A DNA stretch of 64,000 nt from Candidatus Nealsonbacteria bacterium (GTDB lineage: Bacteria; Patescibacteriota; Minisyncoccia; Minisyncoccales; RBG-13-42-11): assembly GCA_019923655.1 (NCBI GenBank), contig JAHXGL010000001.1, positions 3,653 through 67,652 of the forward strand, in the 5' to 3' direction. The notes below the pieces were generated by a model, which saw only the letters and a program-made list of their open reading frames with translations, did no database searches and was not told the DNA's origin. Every line of letters begins with the position of its first letter. The first letter of the stretch is position 1. The position numbers and the translations under genes were made by a program. Below, piece after piece: positions 45,807 to 55,106 of the stretch.

Positions 45807-46015
45807 AAGCAAAAAAACGAGAAGGAGAAAACAGCCAGACATTAGTTCGCCGCTTTGCTCAGAGAGTAAGGAAAAGCGGAATTTTGCGTTTGGCAAGAAA
45901 AATTAGATTTAGAGAAAGGCCTAAAAGCCGTCAAATGAAGAAAAAAGCGGCTTTAAGAAGGGAAGAAATGAAAAAAGAATACGAAAAAATGAAAAAGCTG
46001 GGTAAAGCCAAATAA
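45797..46015 (+). CDS. rpsU: 30S ribosomal protein S21
   Basis: ATG at 45797 within track ORF 45617..46015: ...LVRRFAQRVRKSGILRLARKIRFRERPKSRQMKKKAA. Confidence 0.85.
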   Translation: MGLEAKKREGENSQTLVRRFAQRVRKSGILRLARKIRFRERPKSRQMKKKAALRREEMKKEYEKMKKLGKAK

Positions 46016-46064
46016 TATTTTAACCGGGCAGATAATGACTGGGGTCTGTGCCCAATCATTCATT

Positions 46065-46856
46065 ATGAATAAAGAGAATAAAGAGAATAAAGAGAATAAA
46101 GAGAATAAAGAGTTTGATATAACTGTACCGGGAAACAAGATTGCGTTGGGACATTTGCACCCCTTAACTCAGACCAAAAAAAGAGTTGAAGAAATTTTTC
46201 AAACAATGGGTTTCTCGATAGTAGAGGGTCCGGATATGGAGACAGAGTGGTATAATTTCGATGCTTTAAACATACCCAAAAACCATCCGGCAAGAGACCT
46301 TTGGGATACTTTCTATCTTAAAAACGGATTATTGTTGCGAACTCATACCAGTCCCGTTCAAATTCGTTATCTGGAAAAAAATAATCTTCCTCTGCGCATA
46401 ATTGTTCCCGGAAACGTTTTCAGGCGTGAAGCAACCAATGCTTCTCACGAATTTCAGCTCTTTCAAATCGAAGGATTAATGGTTGATAAAAAAATCTCGG
46501 TGGCTAATTTAAAAGCCATTGTTGGCGAGTTTTTCCGTAGATTTTTTGAGAAAGACGTTAAATTTAGATTAAAACCCGATTATTTCCCATTTACCGAACC
46601 CTCTTTTGATATTGGCATAAGTTGCTTGGTTTGCAGGGAAAGGGGCTGTCCGGCCTGTAAAGGAAGCGGCTGGATGGAGGTGGCTGGCGCTGGCATGGTT
46701 CACCCCAATGTTTTTAAAAATTCAGGCTTAATTCCCAAAGACTGGCAGGGTTGGGCTTTTGGTTTCGGTCTAGAAAGGTTGACTATGCTTAAATACAAGA
46801 TAAATGACATCAGATTATTTCGTTCCGGAGATTTAAAGTTTCTTCAGCAATTCTAA
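46065..46856 (+). CDS. pheS: Phenylalanine--tRNA ligase alpha subunit (short form lacking the N-terminal coiled coil)
   Basis: HPLTQ, NHPARD, LLRTHTSPVQIR, FRRE..., FQIEGL, GFGLERL. The N-terminus carries (NKE)x5. Confidence 0.93.
   Translation: MNKENKENKENKENKEFDITVPGNKIALGHLHPLTQTKKRVEEIFQTMGFSIVEGPDMETEWYNFDALNIPKNHPARDLWDTFYLKNGLLLRTHTSPVQIRYLEKNNLPLRIIVPGNVFRREATNASHEFQLFQIEGLMVDKKISVANLKAIVGEFFRRFFEKDVKFRLKPDYFPFTEPSFDIGISCLVCRERGCPACKGSGWMEVAGAGMVHPNVFKNSGLIPKDWQGWAFGFGLERLTMLKYKINDIRLFRSGDLKFLQQF
46068..46112. repeat. 9-nt microsatellite (AATAAAGAG)x5 at codons 2-16 of pheS
   Basis: Read directly. Confidence 0.9.
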
Positions 46857-46863
46857 AACTAAT

Positions 46864-48966
46864 ATGGTTTTCTCCTACGGTTGGCTTCAATCTTTTTTTC
46901 AAAAAAAACTACCCAAACCAGAAAAACTGGCAGAAGTTTTGACGATGAGTTTTGCCGAAATAGAAAAGGTAAAAAAAGAAAGAGAAGATTTTGTTTTGGA
47001 TATAGATGTCAAACCCAGCCGGGCGTCGGATTGTCTTTCCCACCTGGGCATTGTTCGCGAAATCGCTGCTATTACAAAATTACAATACAAAGAGCCTCTT
47101 TCTAAATTTAAGGCAGTTAAAGAGCTGAAATCAAAAAATTTTGTGTCTGTTGACATCCGATGTCAACAAGCTTGTCCAAGATATACAATTAAAATAATTG
47201 TTGATGTAAAAGTTTGCCCATCTCCAAAATGGCTGAAACACAGATTAAAGGTTTGCGGATTAAAACCGATAAATAACATTGTTGATATCGCAAACTATGC
47301 CATGCTTGAAACAGGTCAACCGCTTCACGCTTTTGATTTTGACAAAATTAAAGGTAGAAAAATAATTGTTAGAAAAGCGAAAAAAGGAGAAGAAATTACT
47401 ACTTTTGATGAAAAGAGTTATTGCTTGGACCAAGATATTTTAATAATTGCCGATGCCAAAAAACCAATAGCTATTGCCGGAATAAAAGGAGGGAAAGAAA
47501 CAGGCATTGATAAAAATACAAAGACCGTTGTTTTGGAGTCAGCCAATTTTAATCAAGGGATTATTCGAAAAGGTTCCAGAAAATTAAACTTAAAAACCGA
47601 TGCTGCGACAAGATTTGAACAGGGAATTGACCCTAATTTAACGGAATTTGCAATCAATAGAGCTTGCTATTTAATCCAGAAAATTTCCAAAGGCAAAATA
47701 GCTCATGGATTGGCAGATATTTATCCCAAAAAAGCCCTGCCAAAAAGAATTAGATTGGACTTGGATTATGTTGAAAGATTATTAGGAATAAAAATACCTG
47801 AAAGAGAAATCAAAAGTATTTTAGAAAAACTAAGATTCAAGCTTAAAACTCAAAACTTAAAACTATTAGATGTAGAGATTCCTACGTTCAGATTAGATAT
47901 TTCTTTACAGGAAGATTTGATTGAAGAGATCGCCAGAATATATGGTTATGAGAAAATTAAGCCGGTTTTCCCGATAGTTTCGCTTATCCCGTTCAAAAGG
48001 AATCTGGAAATTTTTTGGGAAGGCAGGGCAAAAGATATTTTAGAACAAGCAAGATTTTCTGAAGTTTATAATTATTCTTTCATTAGTAAAGGGGATGCCA
48101 AAAATTTTGGCGGTAAGATAAATAAATTAATTGAAATAGAAAATCCATCAAGCATTGAACATAGATATTTGAGACCGAGCTTAATTCCGAATTTGTTAAA
48201 AAATATTCAAAAAAATCAGAAACTCTATTTTGAAACTTTCAAAACTCATAGAGTTTTGAAGAGTGAAACTTTCAAAACTCTACGAATTTTGAAGAGTAAA
48301 GAAATTAAAATTTTTGAATTAGGAAAAATTTTTCAAGCGCCTAAATTAGAAAAAAGAACTCTTTCGGGGGTAATGACAGGAGATGCGTTTTATCAAGTAA
48401 AGGGAGTAATAGATTTGCTTTTAAGTAAATTAGGCATTAGTAATATTCAGTATTGCGAGCATAGAACCGTAGAAAGGGGGTTAAAAAGCTGTTGGTGGCA
48501 GCCACCAAAATGCGCGGAGATTAAAATTAATGGAGAGCAAATAGGGTTTTTGGGCGAGGTTTCTTTCCGAGTTTTAAGCGACCTGAAAATAGAGCTGAAA
48601 ACAATAGTTTTTGATATTGATTTTGAAAAATTAGTTAGGTTTTGCTCTGAAGAAAAGACCTATCAGCCAATTTCTCGTTATCCGTCAGCAATAAGGGACA
48701 TAGCGGTTTTGGTTCCTAAAAGAATTAAAGTGAATGAGGTTTTGAATAAGATTAATGCGGTCAAAGGACAGAGAGGCCTGATTAAGGATGTGGATTTGTT
48801 TGATGTTTATGAAGGCAGGAACATTCCCAATAACAAGAAAAATTTTGCTTTCCATATTATTTATCAAGCGGAAAATAAAACTTTATCATCAAAAGAAATA
48901 GACGACGCACATCAAAAAATTGTTAAAGCATTGGAGGAACGCAAGGGATGGGAAGTCCGAAAGTAA
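46864..48966 (+). CDS. pheT: Phenylalanine--tRNA ligase beta subunit
   Basis: 700 aa with B3/4, B5 and anticodon-binding-like regions; follows pheS. Confidence 0.92.
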   Translation: MVFSYGWLQSFFQKKLPKPEKLAEVLTMSFAEIEKVKKEREDFVLDIDVKPSRASDCLSHLGIVREIAAITKLQYKEPLSKFKAVKELKSKNFVSVDIRCQQACPRYTIKIIVDVKVCPSPKWLKHRLKVCGLKPINNIVDIANYAMLETGQPLHAFDFDKIKGRKIIVRKAKKGEEITTFDEKSYCLDQDILIIADAKKPIAIAGIKGGKETGIDKNTKTVVLESANFNQGIIRKGSRKLNLKTDAATRFEQGIDPNLTEFAINRACYLIQKISKGKIAHGLADIYPKKALPKRIRLDLDYVERLLGIKIPEREIKSILEKLRFKLKTQNLKLLDVEIPTFRLDISLQEDLIEEIARIYGYEKIKPVFPIVSLIPFKRNLEIFWEGRAKDILEQARFSEVYNYSFISKGDAKNFGGKINKLIEIENPSSIEHRYLRPSLIPNLLKNIQKNQKLYFETFKTHRVLKSETFKTLRILKSKEIKIFELGKIFQAPKLEKRTLSGVMTGDAFYQVKGVIDLLLSKLGISNIQYCEHRTVERGLKSCWWQPPKCAEIKINGEQIGFLGEVSFRVLSDLKIELKTIVFDIDFEKLVRFCSEEKTYQPISRYPSAIRDIAVLVPKRIKVNEVLNKINAVKGQRGLIKDVDLFDVYEGRNIPNNKKNFAFHIIYQAENKTLSSKEIDDAHQKIVKALEERKGWEVRK
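48232..48297. repeat. Two tandem 33-nt palindromic units inside pheT (GAAACTTTCAAAACTC-N3-GAGTTTTGAAGAGT)
   Basis: Units at 48232-48264 and 48265-48297, read directly; translated as ETFKTHRVLKS/ETFKTLRILKS. Confidence 0.9.
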
Positions 48967-48968
48967 AA

Positions 48969-50909
48969 ATGAAAAAACAAACTAAAAATAAAAAAGAGGC
49001 AACCTATACAGCAAAAGATATTTATGTCTTGGAGGGCTTGGACCCGGTCAGAAAGAGGCCGGGAATGTATATTGGGACAACCGGGACCGACGGTCTGCAT
49101 CATTTAATTTATGAAACAACTGATAATGCGTTGGATGAATTTATGATGGGATATGGAGACCAGATGGAAATTACGCTTTTGCCAAATGGCCGGGTGAAAG
49201 TGACTGATAATGGCAGAGGCATTCCGGTTGATAGGCACGCCCAAACCAAGAAATCAGCTTTAGAAACAGTGATGACTACTTTGCATGCCGGGGCAAAATT
49301 CGGCGGCAAATCTTATCAGATTTCCGGCGGGCTGCACGGGGTAGGGGTTTCAGTAGTTTGCGCTTTGTCGCGCTGGATGAGGGTTGAAGTTTGCCGACAG
49401 GGCATAAAATACGCCCAGGAGTATGCTAAGGGCAAAGCAAAAACAAAAGTTAAAAAAATTGACGTTTGCAAACAATCAGGAACCACTGTTATTTTTGAAC
49501 CAGATCCGGAAATCTTTAAGGGGTTTGGGGAATCGCTTAAATTTGATTTCAGAAAGATCTTAAACCATCTTCGTCAGCAGTCCTATCTGATAAAAGGAAT
49601 AAAAACAATAATTAGAGACGAGCGGCTTAGGGAAAAGAAAAGCTATAGTTTTTATTTTAGCGGCGGACTGGCTTCTTACATAAAATATTTAACGCGTGGA
49701 GCTGTTTCTAGACAGAGAAATATTTTTTACGGCCAAGGCGAGAAGAATGGAATTTTAGTTGAAGCGGTTTTTCAGTACACTCAGGAATACGAGTGTTACG
49801 AAGAGAGTTTCGCCAATAATATTAATACCGGAGAAGGCGGTACTCACTTAACAGGATTCAGAACCGCCCTGACAAGAACATTCAATGATTACGCGAGAAA
49901 GAATGGTTTTCTTAAAGAGAACGGAGAGAATTTAACAGGTGAAGACATAAGAGAAGGTTTAACCAGCGTAGTTTCGGTTAAAATAAAAGAGCCCCAATTT
50001 GAAGGACAGACAAAAGCGAAATTAGGAAATCCTGAAGCAAGGCCGGCGGTAGAGCAGGTAGTGGCAGAAACTTTAATTGATTGGCTTGAAAGAAATCCCC
50101 AGGATGCCAGGGCAATTATTGAAAATTGCTTAATAGTGGCTAAAGCAAGAAAGGCGGCTAAAGCGGCAAAAGAAATTGTGCTAAGAAAAGGGGCGTTAGA
50201 TGGATTGGCTCTGCCTGGAAAATTAGCTGATTGCGCCTCAAAAAAGCCAGAGGAATCAGAACTTTATATTGTTGAAGGCGCCAGCGCCAGCGGCAGTTGT
50301 AAAATGGGAAGAGATCGGAGATTTCAAGCCATACTGCCTTTGCGGGGAAAAATTTTAAATGTTGAGAGGGCTCGTTTAGATAAAATTCTTAGTTCAAAAG
50401 AGATTAAGTCGCTGATTATTGCTCTCGGCACTGCTATTGCTGAAGATTTTAACATAAACAACGCAAGATATCACAGAATTATTTTAACCTTGGACGCAGA
50501 TATTGACGGCTCTCACATTAGAACCCTGCTGCTTACATTTTTTTACCGGTATTTTAAGCCGTTGATTGAAAAAGGCTATCTCTACATTGCCCAGCCGCCG
50601 CTTTATAAAATACAAGTTGGGAAACAAAGAGAATATGTCTATACCGAAGAACAAAAAATTAAACTTTTGAAAGGAATAAAAAAAGAAAAAGGAATTACTA
50701 TTCAAAGATATAAAGGTTTAGGAGAAATGAATCCGGAAGAATTATGGTCAACGACAATGAATCCGAAAAACAGGACTTTACTTCAGGTAACCATTGAAAA
50801 CGTTAAAGAGGCTGACCGAATTTTTGATATTTTAATGGGCGAAGAAGTTTTACCAAGGAAAAAATTTATTCAAACACACGCTAAACAGGTCAAAAATCTT
50901 GATATTTGA
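48969..50909 (+). CDS. gyrB: DNA gyrase subunit B
   Basis: LEGLDPVRKRPGMYIG, GGLHGVG, the EGASA(S)GS Toprim region, PLRGKILNVE. Confidence 0.96.
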   Translation: MKKQTKNKKEATYTAKDIYVLEGLDPVRKRPGMYIGTTGTDGLHHLIYETTDNALDEFMMGYGDQMEITLLPNGRVKVTDNGRGIPVDRHAQTKKSALETVMTTLHAGAKFGGKSYQISGGLHGVGVSVVCALSRWMRVEVCRQGIKYAQEYAKGKAKTKVKKIDVCKQSGTTVIFEPDPEIFKGFGESLKFDFRKILNHLRQQSYLIKGIKTIIRDERLREKKSYSFYFSGGLASYIKYLTRGAVSRQRNIFYGQGEKNGILVEAVFQYTQEYECYEESFANNINTGEGGTHLTGFRTALTRTFNDYARKNGFLKENGENLTGEDIREGLTSVVSVKIKEPQFEGQTKAKLGNPEARPAVEQVVAETLIDWLERNPQDARAIIENCLIVAKARKAAKAAKEIVLRKGALDGLALPGKLADCASKKPEESELYIVEGASASGSCKMGRDRRFQAILPLRGKILNVERARLDKILSSKEIKSLIIALGTAIAEDFNINNARYHRIILTLDADIDGSHIRTLLLTFFYRYFKPLIEKGYLYIAQPPLYKIQVGKQREYVYTEEQKIKLLKGIKKEKGITIQRYKGLGEMNPEELWSTTMNPKNRTLLQVTIENVKEADRIFDILMGEEVLPRKKFIQTHAKQVKNLDI

Positions 50910-50920
50910 TTATTAATGAT

Positions 50921-51005
50921 ATAGAGTGTAGAATAATATAGAAAAAGGAAGGTAGAGGGCAAAAAACTTTTAACTACATTCTACATTCTACATTCTACAT
51001 TCTAA
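50921..51005. repeat. Second copy of the inverted heptamer-array element (core at 50949-51004)
   Basis: aaggtagagggcaaaaaacttttaactacattctacattctacattctacattcta read directly; ends 5 nt before the secE ATG. Confidence 0.9.
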
Positions 51006-51009
51006 ACTT

Positions 51010-51210
51010 ATGAACTTAACAAACATTCCAAATAAAGCCATTACTTTCTTAAAAGAAGTTCGTTTGGAGATGAGAAAATCTAACTGGCCGACCAGAGAAG
51101 AAACCATTAAATATACTTTGATTGTAATTGGGGCTTCAATAGTGGTAGCTATTTATTTAGGCGGACTTGATGTTTTGTTTACTTTCTTAATTGGGGAGTT
51201 TATACTATAA
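51010..51210 (+). CDS. secE: Preprotein translocase subunit SecE
   Basis: 66 aa, FLKEVRLEMRKSNWPTREE plus a single TM helix; precedes nusG. Confidence 0.88.
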   Translation: MNLTNIPNKAITFLKEVRLEMRKSNWPTREETIKYTLIVIGASIVVAIYLGGLDVLFTFLIGEFIL

Positions 51211-51219
51211 TGTCTGAAT

Positions 51220-51765
51220 ATGCCTGAACAGCAAATTTTACAAGAAAAAAAATGGTATGTTTTGCATACTTATTCTGGATACGAAGACGCGGTTGCCAAG
51301 AATCTGAAACAAAGAATTGAGACTTTGGGCATGGAAGATAAGATTTTTAATGTCTTGGTGCCCAGAGAAAAAAAGATTAAAATAAAAGACGGTAAAAGGA
51401 AAGTGATTGAAGAGAAAATTTATCCCGGCTATGTTTTGGTGGAAATGATTATTACTAATGATTCCTGGTATGTCGCGAGAAACACGCCTAATGTAACCGG
51501 TTTTATCGGAGCCGGAATTATCCCTATTCCGATTTCAATTAAGGAAATTGAAAGTTTGAAAAAGAGAATGGGCGCAGAAAAGCCCCAATATAAAATAGAT
51601 GTTAAAGATGGCGATTCAGTGAAAATTATTGACGGCCCATTTAAGGATTTTAACGGAAAGGTTTCAGGGATTGACCAGGAGAAAGGAAAAATAAAGATTT
51701 TGGTTAATATGTTTGGTCGAGATACGCCGGTGGAATTGGATTCTTTACAAATTAAAAAGATATAA
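51220..51765 (+). CDS. nusG: Transcription termination/antitermination factor NusG
   Basis: KWYVLHTYSGYE NGN domain; C-terminal KOW (GDSVKIIDGPFKDFNGKV). Confidence 0.95.
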   Translation: MPEQQILQEKKWYVLHTYSGYEDAVAKNLKQRIETLGMEDKIFNVLVPREKKIKIKDGKRKVIEEKIYPGYVLVEMIITNDSWYVARNTPNVTGFIGAGIIPIPISIKEIESLKKRMGAEKPQYKIDVKDGDSVKIIDGPFKDFNGKVSGIDQEKGKIKILVNMFGRDTPVELDSLQIKKI

Positions 51766-51790
51766 TTTAAGCGCGTTTTGAGCTTTATTC

Positions 51791-52213
51791 ATGCCAAAAA
51801 AAATTAAAGCCATTATAAAATTACAGATTTCAGCTGGTCAAGCCACGCCAGCTCCGCCGGTTGGGCCTGCTTTGGCTCAACATGGTTTGAATATCGCTGA
51901 ATTTTGCCAGAAATTTAACGATGCCACAAAAGACAATCAGGGTTTTAAGATTCCGGTTGAGATTACGGTTTATGAAGACCGGACTTATAATTTTGTATTG
52001 AAACAGCCGCCAGCTTCGGAATTGCTACTAAAAGCGGCTGGCATTGAAAAGGGGTCGGGCAAGCCGAATAAAACCAAAGTTGCTAAAATTACTAAAAATC
52101 AGTTGCAAGAAATTGCCGAGAAAAAAATGCCGGATTTAAATACTGATGACATTGAACAGGCAATAAAAATAATTGAAGGCACAGCTAAATCAATGGGCAT
52201 AGAAATAAAGTAA
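51791..52213 (+). CDS. rplK: 50S ribosomal protein L11
   Basis: [27 protein letters not shown]. Confidence 0.96.
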   Translation: MPKKIKAIIKLQISAGQATPAPPVGPALAQHGLNIAEFCQKFNDATKDNQGFKIPVEITVYEDRTYNFVLKQPPASELLLKAAGIEKGSGKPNKTKVAKITKNQLQEIAEKKMPDLNTDDIEQAIKIIEGTAKSMGIEIK

Positions 52214-52222
52214 ATAGAATAT

Positions 52223-52576
52223 ATGTTGATAAAAATTATAAGAGATTCAATTACTAAAGGAGAACTTGTCAATATTGCTAAGGAGCAATTTGGTGATTTG
52301 GTGAAAGTTGTTGTAGATGTTAATCAAGAAATTATGGCAGTTGGAAGCGAACTTCATGCTGATGGAGAGGTGGCGTTGACCGAACAAGGAGGATCTAGGC
52401 GTGAAGATACTTGGGGCATAAACATCTATCCTGAAAAGGATAGCGAGGATTGGATTGAATTTGACTCCGTAATTAATTTGAAGCCTTCTTTTGGTAATCG
52501 ATCCAGGGGCGTTGACAACCCTGTAATTCAAAGAAAAATTAGAAATATTGTAGAGAAATTAGTTTTAAATCGATGA
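52223..52576 (+). CDS. Small conserved hypothetical protein. It resembles what I recall as DUF5674, but this is unverified.
   Basis: 117-aa ORF; overlaps the next ORF by 4 nt (ATGA). Confidence 0.55.
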   Translation: MLIKIIRDSITKGELVNIAKEQFGDLVKVVVDVNQEIMAVGSELHADGEVALTEQGGSRREDTWGINIYPEKDSEDWIEFDSVINLKPSFGNRSRGVDNPVIQRKIRNIVEKLVLNR

Positions 52577-52902
52577 AATTTTTCCACAAAAAGTTGGCTT
52601 CAGGGAGATGGTTTCAACTTTCTTTGGCGGAACAACTGGCAAATATTGGCAGTGAAGTAAGTAGGGCGCATGGGTGGCGGGAAAGAGACAGGAAGGTTTT
52701 TTGGGGAGCAGTTGACAGGGCATTAGAACTTTTCGATTTAACGCTTGAAGATACTCGCTGGCAGGGCCGTCGTAGAGAAATCGCAAGAGCGAGGGAAATA
52801 TTTTGCGATGCAGTGCTGGGAGGAAAAGAATACGGAAGTTCTCTTAAAGATTTAGCGCCTTACTTTGATCAATTTGCGATTGCTACCCGTCTTTATAAAT
52901 AA
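52573..52902 (+). CDS. Hypothetical all-helical-looking protein (109 aa)
   Basis: ORF with visibly higher GC than its neighbours; translationally coupled to the preceding ORF. Confidence 0.5.
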   Translation: MKFFHKKLASGRWFQLSLAEQLANIGSEVSRAHGWRERDRKVFWGAVDRALELFDLTLEDTRWQGRRREIARAREIFCDAVLGGKEYGSSLKDLAPYFDQFAIATRLYK

Positions 52903-52913
52903 AAACTTGCTAT

Positions 52914-53486
52914 ATGATTCTATCCGACCGAGATATCAAAAAATACCTAAAAGAAGGAAAAATTAAAATTATTCCCGAGCCAAATTTTGAAGAACAATTA
53001 GGTCCTTGTTCTTTGGACTTGCATTTAGGAAATGTTTTCAAATCCTTCAAACCAACTCAATATCCATACTTAGACCTGAAAACAAAAAAGAGTTTTGAAG
53101 AAGTTATGGATGAAACAACAATAGAGGATAACGCGCCTTTTATTTTACAGCCAAAAGGGTTTGTTATTGCCGTAACCAAAGAAGAAATTATTTTACCTGA
53201 TTATATTATGGCTCGATTGGACGGAAGGAGTTCTTTGGGGAGATTGGGGCTGGTAGTTCATTCAACTGCGGCCAGGTTTGACCCTGGTTGGAAAGGGAAA
53301 GCGGTAATGGAGTTGGGCAATCTTGGGATTATGCCGATTATTTTATATGCCGGAATGAGAATTTGCGCTATAACTTTTGAGACGCTTACTAGTCCGGCTG
53401 AAATTCCTTACTTAAAACAGAAAGACCACAAGTATGCCGGACAAAATAATTCTACTGCCAGTAAACTTAACGAAGAGCCCAGATGA
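52914..53486 (+). CDS. dcd: dCTP deaminase
   Basis: MILSDRDIKKYL..., ARLDGRSSLGRLGLVVH, DPGWKG...ELGN. Confidence 0.9.
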   Translation: MILSDRDIKKYLKEGKIKIIPEPNFEEQLGPCSLDLHLGNVFKSFKPTQYPYLDLKTKKSFEEVMDETTIEDNAPFILQPKGFVIAVTKEEIILPDYIMARLDGRSSLGRLGLVVHSTAARFDPGWKGKAVMELGNLGIMPIILYAGMRICAITFETLTSPAEIPYLKQKDHKYAGQNNSTASKLNEEPR

Positions 53487-55093
53487 AACCTTTTTTAACC
53501 CGCAATCTAAAAGTCCAGTTTTTAGGGATAACTCCTGTTTTAAGAGATAAGACAGGAGTTTTAAACCCTCAACAAATTGTTGCCCTCTCAGCTCTTTTGA
53601 CTTTTAAGGGGAAGACAATAAAAAATCTCTTTAAAGAAATTAAAAACAATGGAGAGAATTTAGACGAGAAGATAAAATTAATTCTGCAAAAATCATCTTT
53701 ACGGGGACATGCCTCCATATCAACCACTCCCTCTCTTTGTTTAACCTATGAAGGAAGCAAATTTTTAGATTCTGCCTTAACTGGTATTTATTTTTCTTCT
53801 TCTCTGGTTTCTTCTGGCAGAAGAACAGGAACCATTGAAAAAGATATTGTTTTTCCGAATAAGATTTATTCCAATAAAAAAGCTAAGGGAATATATCAAG
53901 AAACTTCAGAAAAGATTATCAGATTTTTTAATTTTCTTTTATCTCAAGAGGTTAAAAAAGATGAAGCCAGCAAGATTTTACAATACGGCATTTATGGCAC
54001 CGGTATTATTCAGCTACCAATAGAAACAATTATTGGCTTAAAAAGAGAGTACCAGAGAGAGGAAAAATGGATGCCGGAAGAAGTAGGAATTTTACTCAGA
54101 AAAATAGAAAAAGAAGCTAAAAAATTAGGAATTGATTGGCTTTACGCTACCAGAGAAGCAGCGCCCAGAAATGTTTTCCCTTTTCCCAATATATTTAAAG
54201 ACCCCAAAGAAGGAAATTTGGTTAGAGGAATAAAGAAGAAAATAAAACTGGAGCAAGGAGCAAGAGTGGTTTCAACGGATATTTTGATTCCCTCCGAGCT
54301 AAAAAAGAGATTGATTAATTTAGAAAAAAAGACAAAAGAAACTTTTTCTTCTTTAAGAAAAATTAAAAAAGATTGGCAACAGCTCCTTTCTCTGAGACAG
54401 GAAATTTTGAGGGACTATAATTTAGCTTTAAGATTTAAGGTCTTGTCTTCAGCGCCCTGGCGGGTTTGGGGAGAAAAAAAGAGGCATCGGACTTGCCTTC
54501 AAGTTATTGAGTCAATTTATTATTGCGTTGATAGAGCGGCTAAAGTTTTCAGAAAATTTGAGCGGCAAATTAGAAAAGGGAAAATTAACAAGAGAATAAC
54601 AAGAGAGGTTGGGGAAGTTTTTTCTATCCCGCCATCAATAAAACAAAAACAAGAGCTTTTATCTGAATATTTATTAGTTGCGCTAAGGGCTTTTGGGGAT
54701 TATAAAAAGTTAATTAACTTAGGAATCAAACCCAAAGAAGCAATTTTTTTAATTCCCCGAGCAACCAAAATTGATATTTTACAGGAATATGATTTATATA
54801 ATCTTTTGACCGGCTACTATCCCTTGCGGCTTTGTAAGACAGCTGAAGAGGAAATGAGAAGAAATACATTGAAGGAAGTTGCTCAAATTAAAAATGTCTT
54901 GGCTAAAAAAGGCTATGGCTGGTTGAATGGGCTTATTGGTCCCAAGTGTGAGATTATTGGCTTTTGTCCGGAAGAAAAGAGCTGCGCTATGATTAAAACA
55001 TCGGTTAGAAAATATAATGATAAATTTCATCAAGAAATGAAAGAGGAATTGAAAAGATTATTTCAAGAAAATTTAAAAAACTTAGGTGAATAA
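53483..55093 (+). CDS. thyX: Long (536 aa) ThyX-family FAD-dependent thymidylate synthase-like protein: degenerate N-half, canonical-looking C-half
   Basis: N-half: LRGHASIS...EGSKFLDSALT. C-half: KKRHRTCLQVIESIYY (RHR...ES..Y) and IPRATKIDIL...YYPLRLCKTAEEEMR (the ThyX C-terminal motif). Confidence 0.7.
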   Translation: MKPFLTRNLKVQFLGITPVLRDKTGVLNPQQIVALSALLTFKGKTIKNLFKEIKNNGENLDEKIKLILQKSSLRGHASISTTPSLCLTYEGSKFLDSALTGIYFSSSLVSSGRRTGTIEKDIVFPNKIYSNKKAKGIYQETSEKIIRFFNFLLSQEVKKDEASKILQYGIYGTGIIQLPIETIIGLKREYQREEKWMPEEVGILLRKIEKEAKKLGIDWLYATREAAPRNVFPFPNIFKDPKEGNLVRGIKKKIKLEQGARVVSTDILIPSELKKRLINLEKKTKETFSSLRKIKKDWQQLLSLRQEILRDYNLALRFKVLSSAPWRVWGEKKRHRTCLQVIESIYYCVDRAAKVFRKFERQIRKGKINKRITREVGEVFSIPPSIKQKQELLSEYLLVALRAFGDYKKLINLGIKPKEAIFLIPRATKIDILQEYDLYNLLTGYYPLRLCKTAEEEMRRNTLKEVAQIKNVLAKKGYGWLNGLIGPKCEIIGFCPEEKSCAMIKTSVRKYNDKFHQEMKEELKRLFQENLKNLGE

Positions 55094-55106
55094 TGAGTAA
55101 AAAATT

